Shown piece by piece: positions 1 through 9,073 of a DNA stretch of 64,000 nucleotides; positions within the stretch are counted from its first letter, which is position 1, and the number at the start of each line of letters is the position of its first letter. Made by a program: the position numbers and the translations under genes. The notes under the pieces were generated by a model, which was not told the origin of the DNA, ran no database searches, and saw only the letters and a program-made list of their open reading frames with translations. The DNA is from an uncultured Trueperaceae bacterium (lineage in GTDB: Bacteria; Deinococcota; Deinococci; Deinococcales; Trueperaceae). The DNA is taken from NCBI GenBank assembly GCA_963727505.1, contig CAVSGP010000004.1:288001-352000 (forward strand), written 5' to 3'.

Positions 1-3000
1 GGTTACCGCTCCGCTCGCATCGGAAGCGGCGGATTCGGCAGCGGCGGATTCGGCAGCGGTGGGCTTGGCACCGGCGAGCTTGTCACCGGCCCGCCCTTCG
101 GCGGTGTGGGCCGCGCCAGCGTCCGTCGCCGGCCCCGGCTTCGACACGGCCGCAGCGGTCGAGCCCGGCGCGGCGCGGCGGCGGCGCGAGGCCGGCTCCG
201 GGCCCCCGCCTCGTGCCGGCACGACCTCGGCGTGCTCGCGCGCGGCACGAACGAAGGCGAGGGCGGAGCCGGCCACGTCCCCGCCGTCGCGGGCCGCGTC
301 CAGCAGGGCCAGGAAGGTCCGGCGGGGCCGGCGCAGCGTCCAATCGAGGCGGGCCTGCCTCCAGCTCGGGGATGCCGGCACCGGCGAGCTGGTCGTGAAG
401 CCCGGCGTAGCTGCCGTCGACGTCGTGCACCTCGCGGACCTCGGTGAAGGCGCGCGCCTGGAAGCCGTCGAGGTCGAAGCGCAATCCCTGCCGGACCAGA
501 TCGTCGGAGCGATGGAGGTAGTCGAGGCCGGTGAGCCGCTCGCGGAGGATGGTGAAGCGGCGCTCGCCACCCGCGACGCCGAGGGCCTCGTGGAGTGGCT
601 CGGTGCGCGTCCCACCGTCCGACCAGGGCTCGGCGAAGAAGACGCTGCGGTGGATGGTGACCTCGGCGCGGGCGTAGCGGTTGTTGAACAGCACCAGCGA
701 GGCTCCGCCATCGGCCCGGTTGCTGTAGGCATAGACGTCCTCGCGTACCGTGCCGTCGTCCCCGTAAGCGTCGAACAGCCGGAAGGTCTCGGCCGGAGCG
801 AACTGCGCGCGGCGATGCAACAGCGGTGCGATCTCGCGCCGGTGGCGCGCGACCATGCGTGCGTCGGGCTCCTCCTCGAACGTGGGCGCCCGGTACTCCA
901 TGCCGTACTTCTCGCGAAATCCCTCGACCTGTCCGTGACCGAACATCGGCAGGCCGGGCAGGGTGGCCATCATCACCGCCGCACCGAAGTACTTGTCACC
1001 GTCGCCGAACTGCGCGATGGCGGTCTCCTCGTCGGGGTTGTTCATGAAGTTGACGAAGCGCCCGAGGATGCGCGGGTCGAACGCCAGCACGTTCTTCATC
1101 AGCAGACGGTAGTCGGCGTTCTCCTCCCGCTTCAACATGTTCATGAAGGCGCTGTTGTAGACCCGGTGCATGCCGAGGGTCCGAACGAAGTACCCCTCCA
1201 TCATCCAGAAGGCCTCGGCAAGGAGCAGCGTGCCGGGAGCCTCCTGCGCGACCCGGTCCACCACCTCCCGCCAGAACTCGGTCGGGAGGGCGCGCTCGAA
1301 CTCCTCGGCGCTCATGCCTCCGTAGGCGCTGCGCGACGGGATGGCGCCGCCGTGGCCGGGAGGCGGGTACCAGAGCCGCTGGACGTGGCGCTTGGCCAAC
1401 GTCATGGCGGCATCGAAGCGGATGATCGGCACCGTCCGCGCGACATGCAGGATGGCCTGGATGACCGCCTCGCGGACCTCCGACTTCAGGTAGTCGAGCT
1501 GCGCGGTGTCGTTCCATGGCATGGTCGTGCCGTCGTTGCCGTGGTAGAGGTAGCGCGCCTCGCCGCTCGAGCGCTCGACACGCTTGAACACCACGGCCGC
1601 GTCGCTGTCGTCCCAGTAGTGGTCCTCGATCATCACGGCCATCGACGGGTGCGACGAGAGGTCGGGGCCGTCGAAACGGTAGCCCGGGTAGGGCGGGTGG
1701 TCGAGCTGGATGAACCAGTCGGGGTGCTCCGCCACCCACCGGCCGTCGATGCCCACATGGTTGGGCACCATGTCGCCGGCCAGGCGGATGCCGCGGCGGG
1801 CGGCCCGCCGCTCGAGCTCGCGCAGTCCGGCCTCGCCGCCGAGGTCGTCGGCCACCACGTAGTCGTACAGGGCGTAGGCGCTGGCAAGCGCGTCGGCCTG
1901 ACCGCGACGTTGCTTGATGCGCCGTGACGCCTCGCTGCGCTCCCACAGGCCGATCAGCCACAGGCCGTTGAACCCGCGCTCCGCCAGCTCGTCGAGGGCC
2001 TCATCGGGAATCTGGTCCAGACGGCGGACCTCCCTGCCGAAGCGACGCTCCAACTGCGCCAGCCACACGTAGGTGCTCTTGGCGACCAACACCACGCGGG
2101 GCATCCAGTCGCTGTCGGGGCTGAACGCCTCGATCTCGCCGGGGCGGGCCAGGGCCTCGGCGTCGAGCACCGGAGCCGGCCCGGGCCCAACCGGGCCACG
2201 GCTGCGCTCCTCCCGGAGGGCGTCGGTCGAACGCAACAGCCGCGCCAACAGCCCGGCATAGCGCTCTCCCAACACGGCCCCCCACAGCTCCTCGGCCACG
2301 CGCAGCTGCCCCTCGAGCGAGGTGGGGCTCCGGCGCTGCGGCGCCCACAGCAAGTCGATCAGCGACATGCCCCCCGCCCACGTCGTGCCTTGCTCGCGCA
2401 GGCCTTCCTCCAACAACGGGAGCGCCCGCTCGTAGGCGCTCGAGCGGCGCAAGGGAGCATCATCGAAGAGCTCCTGCAGGCGCTCCAGCGCCGGATTGGC
2501 GTTGGCCAGCCAGAGCAACAGCGCCTCCTCCAGCACGACCAGCCGGTTGGACGTTCCTTCGGTCGTTCCCGCCAGGTAGCGCTGCGCATCCTCCCAGCCA
2601 TCGGCAACGGCAGGGGCCGGGAAGCGCTCGACGAACGCGCGCTGCATGCCACCCAGAGCGCCGTCGCCGATCGCGCCCTCCAAGCGACCCAGCGCGTCCT
2701 CGACCACGTTCCGGCCCGATCGCTCGGAGGCGGTCTGCAGCACAGCGTGCATCAGCTCGTGCAGCAGCGCCGCGCCGTACAGCTCGCTGCCAGCGATCGA
2801 CAACTCGGGGTAGCGCCCGGCCTCGCGCACGTCGTTCATCCGGGCCGCCAGGCGGTAGGCGGTGGCGAGATCACCGAACATCACACGGCCACGCAGGCCG
2901 AACAACTCACCCTCGATGCGATAGCGGCGCCGTGCATCGAGCGCCACATGAAGATGGCGCGCGCGGTGCGGCTGCAAGGCGGCACACTCGGGGCGGCGGT

Positions 3001-3019
3001 TGTCGTTGCATGTGCTCAC
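1..3019 (-). CDS. Alpha-amylase family (GH13) glycoside hydrolase, large; apparent frameshift near 358, corrected frame runs off the window
   Basis: GH13 motifs DMVPNH, IRFDAAMT (nucleophile), LLAEAFW (acid/base), NNPDEE. Probable GTG start at 3019 after GAGGG. The ORF-track C-terminus turns to Arg/Pro-rich noise after ...IPELE, while the shifted frame reads ARLDWTLRRPRRTFLALLDAARDGG. Confidence 0.85.
26..55 (-). repeat. 15-bp tandem repeat x2 (gcggcggattcggca), encoding an AAAES-type linker in the corrected GH13 frame
   Basis: Exact copies at 26-40 and 41-55. Confidence 0.8.
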
Positions 3020-3211
3020 GGTCTCGCCCTCCCGGGGGCCTCGAACACCAGGCACGCCGCTCCGGCCCCAGGACGCGGCACTGCCACGCGAGGCCACTCC
3101 GACCCCGCGCACTTCCTCGTAGTCCCCCGGAGCGTAGCACGCGCCCCGCGCGCTGCACGTCCCCCGAGGGACGTGAGTAGCGTCACCGACGTCTTTGCTG
3201 TGAGCGTTCCA

Positions 3212-3241
3212 TTGCCGGGAGGCCGGCTGCGCGGGTACAAT
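3212..3241 (+). promoter_or_regulatory. Putative sigma-A promoter for the cohesin/dockerin module
   Basis: TTGCCG-N18-TACAAT. Confidence 0.55.
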
Positions 3242-3277
3242 CCCATTCATCGGAAGCCCGCAACGGGAGAGGAGCGG

Positions 3278-4141
3278 ATCGCCACGTCACGCCAGCAGGG
3301 AGCCAACCGCACCGTTCGGCGTGCGAGCGCGGCGAGACCGCTCGTCGCCGCCTTGCTCGCCTCCCTCCTCCTGAGCGGCTGCACCGGCGATCTCAACACG
3401 CCCGGCGAGGCGCTCCGGATCCTCGGCACCGGGATCCCCCCCGCATACCTCGGGCAAGCCTACGACCAGCCCATCCAGGCCGTGGGCGGCCTGCGCCCCT
3501 TCGAGTTCGCGCTCGCCGACGGAGCGTTGCCGCCCGGCATCCAGTTGCAGGGTGGCACGCTCCGCGGCGTGCCTAGTAAGACCGGTCAGTATACGTTCAC
3601 CTTGCAGGTCACCGACGCGAACCTTTCCAAGACCGTCCAGAAGTACACGCTCTCGGTGGCCGAACTCCCTCCTCCCAGTCTGACCCTCAACGTTCCCAAC
3701 ACCGAGATCGACCACCGCATCACGCTGCGGGGGTACCTGCACAACGGCCGGGGCTTCCAGGGGCTCCGTACGCAGATCCGGTGGGACCCGCAACGCTTCG
3801 AACTCGTGCAGGGCAGCGTGCGCGCCAGTCGTCAGGGTCTGGCGCTGCTCCACCAGGCGGCCAGCGGGCAGCTCCAGGTGGCACTGGCTCCGCTCGGCAA
3901 CAATCTCGACGGCGACGTCGGCCTCTTCCAGTTCGACCTGCAACCCACGGCAGGCGCGAGCTACCTGAAGCTCGACGCGCAGACGGAGTTCATGTCCGTA
4001 AGGGGCCACGACTTCGCCCAGACGAGCGAGGGACGCCAGCCGCCGCCCACCGGTTCCGGGACGACGGGCACCGGAACGACGGATGGCATCCCGACGGACA
4101 CGAAGCCCTCCTCCCCTGGCAACGGCGGTGGCACGCAGTGA
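3278..4141 (+). CDS. Lipoprotein with a putative Ig (He_PIG-like) domain and a C-terminal cohesin-like domain; start uncertain (possible ATC)
   Basis: Lipobox LLLSGC (Cys codon at 3380). Ig-like segment GGLRPFEF..GALPPGIQL..GTLRGVP..TGQYTFTLQVTDA. Cohesin-like segment GLRTQIRWDPQRFELV..GQLQVA..DGDVGLFQF. Thr/Gly-rich tail. Confidence 0.75.
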   Translation: MATSRQQGANRTVRRASAARPLVAALLASLLLSGCTGDLNTPGEALRILGTGIPPAYLGQAYDQPIQAVGGLRPFEFALADGALPPGIQLQGGTLRGVPSKTGQYTFTLQVTDANLSKTVQKYTLSVAELPPPSLTLNVPNTEIDHRITLRGYLHNGRGFQGLRTQIRWDPQRFELVQGSVRASRQGLALLHQAASGQLQVALAPLGNNLDGDVGLFQFDLQPTAGASYLKLDAQTEFMSVRGHDFAQTSEGRQPPPTGSGTTGTGTTDGIPTDTKPSSPGNGGGTQ

Positions 4142-4734
4142 ACGCGCGCTCCCAGGCCCCAGGACGCCACGGCCTGCCAGCATTCGCGCGCCGCCTGGCG
4201 AGCGCGCTGCTCGCCGCGGCGCTGTTCGGCGTGCCGGCCAGCGCGACCACCTATCTGCACATGACGCCGCAGGCGATGCTCGCCAAGGCGAGCCTGGTGT
4301 TCGTCGGTACGGTCGCCGAGGTTCGCGTCACCAACGACGTCGGCACGCCCTGGACGCACGTGCGCTTCAACGTCGACACTGCCCTCGCCGGCGTGCCGGT
4401 CGGCGCCGACGGCAAGGCACGACAGCCCGTCGAGCTCGCCTTCCTCGGAGGCACCGTTCCCGGAGGCCCGGCACTCACCGTGAGCGGCATGCCGCAGTTC
4501 GAGTCCGGAGAGAAGGTGCTGGTGTTCGCCTACGACCAGACCTACGCCTCCCCCATCGTGGGCTTCCGTCAGGGCCTGTGGCGCATCACGCCCGCGGGTC
4601 TGCGCGACGAGGACGGCCAATTCCTGTCGGTGTCAGACACCGGAAAGCTGGTCGCGGGCGGATCGGGCGCCCCGCTCGACAGCATCGTCCAGGCCATCCG
4701 CGACGGACTCGCGAGTTCGGGCGGAACGCCGTGA
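4138..4734 (+). CDS. Secreted hypothetical protein, TIMP-like/OB-fold type as often found beside matrixin domains
   Basis: GTGA overlap with the upstream stop; signal peptide ending PASA; ASLVFVGTVAEV..THVRFNV..LGGTV..VSGMPQFESGEKVLVF pattern. Confidence 0.7.
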   Translation: MNARSQAPGRHGLPAFARRLASALLAAALFGVPASATTYLHMTPQAMLAKASLVFVGTVAEVRVTNDVGTPWTHVRFNVDTALAGVPVGADGKARQPVELAFLGGTVPGGPALTVSGMPQFESGEKVLVFAYDQTYASPIVGFRQGLWRITPAGLRDEDGQFLSVSDTGKLVAGGSGAPLDSIVQAIRDGLASSGGTP

Positions 4735-5651
4735 GGGGCGCTCACCGTCGACGCCGGACCGCCCTGGCGGCGCTCCTGTTCCTGCTGGTCGCCGCCCCCG
4801 CTACGGCCCAGGACGGCTCGTCGCTGCCGCTGCCCATCGCTCCGCCCACGACGCCTCCGCCTGCCGCGACGCAGGCCCCCACAGCGACCACCGACGCCGC
4901 CTCCGCGCCCACCAGGACGGTCACCGTCGACGCCGGTGGCGGTCCCGCCAGCCTGCAAGACGACCTGAAGGCGGCGATCGCCGCCTGGACGAAGGCCGCA
5001 CCCGACCTCGCGAGGCTCACCATCGACCCCGCGGCGGCCTCCAGCGTCGGCTACGCCGCGCCCGCCCGACTCGGTCCCGAAACGCTGTCGCTCGACCTCC
5101 GCGTTCCCGGCCGCGACGGCGTCGAGGTCCACATCGCCTCCGGCGCGCCCGCCGAGCACCCCATGGTCCTGCTCCACGAGGTCGGCGTCCTGCTGGGCCT
5201 CCCCGAGGGCGGCAGCGGGGTCATGGCGTTCGCGGTCCCCGCCAGTGACGAGCCGACCGCGCCGACCGCGGGTGACGTGCAGACGCTGCGGGCCCAGCGC
5301 AGCTACGCCCGCGAGGACCTCAACCACGACGGCACGATCGACTTCTACGATCTGGTGCTGTTCGGCCAGGCATACGGGGCGCAAGGCGTGAACCTTCCGG
5401 CGGACTTCAACGGCGACGGACGCGTCGACCGGCAGGACCTGTCGATGCTGGAGAAGGCCTATACCTTCGCGCCCCCGTCGAAGACGGGCCCAGGCGAGAA
5501 CGCACCCGCCCCGGCTCCCTCACCGACCACGCCTTCGGCGCCCCCTGCCAGCAGCGAGACGCCTGCGCCGCCCGCGGCGCCCGGCTCCTCCGACACGCCG
5601 AATGGCGGCGCCACCGGCGGCAAGGGGTCGACCCCAGCGGGCGCCCCCTGA
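4731..5651 (+). CDS. Secreted protein with a degenerate metzincin-like domain and a dockerin domain
   Basis: GTGA overlap; signal peptide ending ATAQ; LLHEVGVLLGLPE then SGVM (Met-turn-like); paired Ca-binding loops DLNHDGTIDFYD and DFNGDGRVDRQD; Pro/Ala/Thr linkers. Confidence 0.75.
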   Translation: MRGAHRRRRTALAALLFLLVAAPATAQDGSSLPLPIAPPTTPPPAATQAPTATTDAASAPTRTVTVDAGGGPASLQDDLKAAIAAWTKAAPDLARLTIDPAAASSVGYAAPARLGPETLSLDLRVPGRDGVEVHIASGAPAEHPMVLLHEVGVLLGLPEGGSGVMAFAVPASDEPTAPTAGDVQTLRAQRSYAREDLNHDGTIDFYDLVLFGQAYGAQGVNLPADFNGDGRVDRQDLSMLEKAYTFAPPSKTGPGENAPAPAPSPTTPSAPPASSETPAPPAAPGSSDTPNGGATGGKGSTPAGAP

Positions 5652-5933
5652 TCAACCCAGCTTCTGGATCGACCCTGCCATCTCCAGGTCGGCGTCTGTC
5701 ACGCCTCCGGCGTCGTGGCTCACCAGCTCGATGACAACGCGGCTGTAGCTGTTCTGGATGTCGGGATGATGGTTGCTCTTCTCGGCCAGCAACGCCACCC
5801 GGCTGAGGAAGCCGAAGGCGGCCGAGAAATCGTCGAAGCGGTACTCCCGTCGGAGCTTGCCCTCCCGGAGGCTCCAGCCTTGAAGGCCGGAGAGACGGTC
5901 GCGGATGGTGGCGTCGTCGAGGATCTGCGCCAT
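5652..5933 (-). CDS. phhB: Pterin-4-alpha-carbinolamine dehydratase
   Basis: AEKSNHHPDI, SHDAGGVTDAD motifs. Confidence 0.93.
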   Translation of the reverse strand: MAQILDDATIRDRLSGLQGWSLREGKLRREYRFDDFSAAFGFLSRVALLAEKSNHHPDIQNSYSRVVIELVSHDAGGVTDADLEMAGSIQKLG

Positions 5934-5987
5934 GGTGCTGCTCCCTTCTCGGGCCGTTACGTGGTGTGTCGTCGGCGGGCGAGCGCC

Positions 5988-7901
5988 TCAGAGCGCCTGG
6001 CCTGCGCCGGTCTTCAACTCCGGTACGTAGAGCACGGCCAGCTCCTGCTCGCCACGAACCAGGGTCACCGTACCGTTACCGACCGGGGCGATCAGGTAGT
6101 CCGTGAACGAGCCCAGCACCTGACCGGGCAACATGGCGACCAGGCTCTCCTGCGTGTCCCGGCTCCGCCCGCGGTACTGACGGACGGTGATCTTCTGCCC
6201 GCCCAGATCGATCGTGAGCGGCTCACCGGTGAGCTGGTAGACGTTGGCGTCGGCGCCGGGAACGCGTTCGATGACATCGGAGAGATCGCTGGCCTCGACC
6301 GTCATGGCATCGACGAAGCGCTGGACCAGACCGAGCACGGCGTTGTCGTCGAGTGTCACGCCGGCCGCGCGGGCGGCCCCTCGCAGCAGACCCTCCACGG
6401 CCTGGCGCCGGTTGGGAGCGCGGGCGCTGACGTTGTTGGCCCGAGCGACGGCGCGCGCGACGAGGTCCTGCGGGTCGCCCTGCACCGAGCTCGCCAGCAC
6501 CTTGAGCACTGTCAGCAGGTCATCGCGCCGGCGATCGGCCAGCACGAACAGCACGACCAGCGCTTCGGCCAGCCTCACCGCCAGCGAGCGTCCCTCGTCG
6601 CGATAGCGGAAGTGGACGTAATCGCCCTCGCTGAACACGCTCAACTTGCTGCGGCCGAGGTCGAGCACCAGCCGGCCCTCGAGCGCCACCTCCTGGTCCC
6701 CGACGAACAGCGAGCGGGACGGTCCCGTTCCCATGATCGCGATCTCGTGGTCCGCCAGCGTGAAGCGCACCGGACCGACCAGCCGAACCGTCAGGGCCGC
6801 AGCGCCCGGGGGCACGGCGTCCCACCGGAGAGCGGGGTTCACGGCGAACAGCACGCCGCCTTCGAGCTGCGGGCCGCTCGCCCTGCCGCCCACCGAAGTC
6901 GGCAGGTAGTCGGCCAGCCGCTCGAAGAAGGCGTGGACCAGATCGCTGAACTGCAGCACGTCGCGCTGGAACAGCTGCCTCTGGTTGCGCTCGAAGGCGA
7001 GCGTCTCGGCCAGGCGCTTCTCCAGCTCCTTACGGTGCGCGCCGCGTTGCCCGTCGGGAAGACGCTCCTTGGCGATCTCCTGGATCGCCAGCCGGAGTTG
7101 CTTGCTGCTCGGCCCCCGGTGTTCGATCAGCGACAACGCACCGGCGTAGGGGTCTTGCGCGACCGCCCCGGCAACCTGACGCACGAACGCCAGCGCGTCC
7201 GCCTCGCGCACCTCCAGATCGGCGAAGGAGCCTCCCCGCTTGCCGAGCGTCATGACGGTGTTGACCAGCTCGCGGACGAGCTCGGCAAGGGCGTCCAGGT
7301 CCGACAGCGACACCAGCGGATCGTTGAACTCCGGGATCGGCTCGTACACCTGGAAGCCGCGCAGGTTCACGTCCTGCGCGAAGGTCTTCTTCGCGCTGTT
7401 GCGCTGCAGGTTCTGCAACGTCGCGTACACCAGCCGGGCCGTCTGACGCTCCCGTTCGGCACGCCAACCGGCTGCCACCTTGAGCACGAACTCGTCGAGC
7501 TGCTCCCACCAAACACGCTGCGCCAGACGTTGGAGGACCGCCTGCTCCTCGCGCTCCTCCGGTCGGTCGGCCGGCGTGGCGATCGGCGCCACGTCGTGGT
7601 CGTCGAGCTCGACGTCGGACTCGTCGCCAAGCACCAGCGCATCGATGTCGGGGGCACGCTGAGCCGAGCCTTGCGCCCCGTCGGAGATGAGTTTGAGGCT
7701 CTGCGACACGGCCTCGAGCCGCGCCCGCTCCTCCTGGCTGAGCGATGTCATCTGGCGGCTGAGGTGCCCGTAGAGCTCCCACATGCCGTTGACGCCGCCT
7801 TGTACCTGCCGGGTGGCGCGATACTCCGACACCTTGTACTCCAGCAGCTCGAGTGCGACGCTCTCCAACTTCAACATACGGTTTCCAGTATACGGTTGCA
7901 T
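5988..7901 (-). CDS. Hypothetical protein (637 aa, cytoplasmic, helical/coiled-coil segments)
   Basis: Long ORF with normal amino-acid composition and codon bias; no family recognised; alternative start at 7877. Confidence 0.8.
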   Translation of the reverse strand: MQPYTGNRMLKLESVALELLEYKVSEYRATRQVQGGVNGMWELYGHLSRQMTSLSQEERARLEAVSQSLKLISDGAQGSAQRAPDIDALVLGDESDVELDDHDVAPIATPADRPEEREEQAVLQRLAQRVWWEQLDEFVLKVAAGWRAERERQTARLVYATLQNLQRNSAKKTFAQDVNLRGFQVYEPIPEFNDPLVSLSDLDALAELVRELVNTVMTLGKRGGSFADLEVREADALAFVRQVAGAVAQDPYAGALSLIEHRGPSSKQLRLAIQEIAKERLPDGQRGAHRKELEKRLAETLAFERNQRQLFQRDVLQFSDLVHAFFERLADYLPTSVGGRASGPQLEGGVLFAVNPALRWDAVPPGAAALTVRLVGPVRFTLADHEIAIMGTGPSRSLFVGDQEVALEGRLVLDLGRSKLSVFSEGDYVHFRYRDEGRSLAVRLAEALVVLFVLADRRRDDLLTVLKVLASSVQGDPQDLVARAVARANNVSARAPNRRQAVEGLLRGAARAAGVTLDDNAVLGLVQRFVDAMTVEASDLSDVIERVPGADANVYQLTGEPLTIDLGGQKITVRQYRGRSRDTQESLVAMLPGQVLGSFTDYLIAPVGNGTVTLVRGEQELAVLYVPELKTGAGQAL

Positions 7902-7972
7902 GGTGAGCTCGTGCTGGCGGAAACCTCACGCGACCCAACCGTCCTGGACGCGGGAACCGGCTCTCGTACGGG

Positions 7973-9073
7973 TTACGCGGGTACGCCCGCTGGCGCGTGC
8001 GCCTCACCGGCGAGATGGGTGAACACCGCGCGCAGCACCCCCACCGCACGCGCGTACTCGGTCAGGTCGATGCGTTCCTCGGGCGTGTGATCGAGCGACG
8101 CGTCGCCGGGACCGTACGCCACCATCGGAACCGCCCAGTGGGGGGCGACGACGTTCATGTCCGAGGTCCCCGTCTTCACCTTGGCCCGCGGACGGGCTCC
8201 TGCCCCGCGGATGGCGACCCGGAAGGCGCGAGCCAGCGACGAGTCCTTCGGGCCACGATAGGCCTGCTCGGGCCCGCTGATGGAGAGCCGCACGCCGTGG
8301 GGCAGGGCCAACGCCTGCAGGCTCTCGCTGAGCGCCCGCGGCGGCCAGCGTGGCGGCAGGCGGAAACCCAGCACCGCCTCGCAGCGCTGGGTGAGTCCAT
8401 CGTTGTCCGAGCGCAGCGATTGCAGCGAGACCTGCAGCGCGTCGAACCTCCCCTCCACACCGTGGTTGTCCTCTTGCACGAAAGCCCGAACGGTCGCGAA
8501 GCCGGTCACCGCCAGCTCGGCGGCGGTCGGCTCGTCACGGGAGGAATGGCTGTTGGGTCGTTCGGCACGCAGGCGCACCAATAACCTGCCCTTGTACCCC
8601 AGGGTGTAGGCGTCCCAGCCGCTGGGCTCGCCGATGATCACCAGGTTCGGGGTCTCGTAGGCTTCCACGGCGTAGCGTGCCCCCTTGCTGCTGGGTGCCT
8701 CCTCCTCGACCGCGCCGATCAGGCGCAGCCGGAGCGCGCCCTTGAGCGACGACGGCAGCCCAGCGACCGCCGCCATCGCGGCGCAGAAGCTCCCCTTGGC
8801 GTCCACCGCGCCCCGGCCGTGCAGGACGCCGTCTTCCCGACGCACCCGGATCTCGCCCGGAACCGTATCGATGTGGCCCAGCACGGTCACGGCCAGGTCG
8901 CCGTGCCCCCACACGCCGACCGCGTTGCCGGCCTCGTCGACGAACGCTTCGTCGGCGAATCCCGCCATGGCCTCCACCAGCAACGCGGCGACGGCGGCCT
9001 CCTGCCCTGAAGGGCTGGGTGTGGCCACCGCGCGCTCCAACAGATCGGCCGGGTCGAGCAACCCTTCGCTCAC
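7973..9073 (-). CDS. lysK: [LysW]-lysine hydrolase (M20 family)
   Basis: LGHIDTVPG, GRGAVDAKG, VEEE, GEPSG, GTSDMN, DHTPEE; GTG start overlaps the lysJ stop. Confidence 0.93.
   Translation of the reverse strand: MSEGLLDPADLLERAVATPSPSGQEAAVAALLVEAMAGFADEAFVDEAGNAVGVWGHGDLAVTVLGHIDTVPGEIRVRREDGVLHGRGAVDAKGSFCAAMAAVAGLPSSLKGALRLRLIGAVEEEAPSSKGARYAVEAYETPNLVIIGEPSGWDAYTLGYKGRLLVRLRAERPNSHSSRDEPTAAELAVTGFATVRAFVQEDNHGVEGRFDALQVSLQSLRSDNDGLTQRCEAVLGFRLPPRWPPRALSESLQALALPHGVRLSISGPEQAYRGPKDSSLARAFRVAIRGAGARPRAKVKTGTSDMNVVAPHWAVPMVAYGPGDASLDHTPEERIDLTEYARAVGVLRAVFTHLAGEAHAPAGVPA

Noticed and set aside
26..55. CRISPR-like repeat
   Set aside because: Two adjacent 15-bp copies with no spacer, inside a coding linker.
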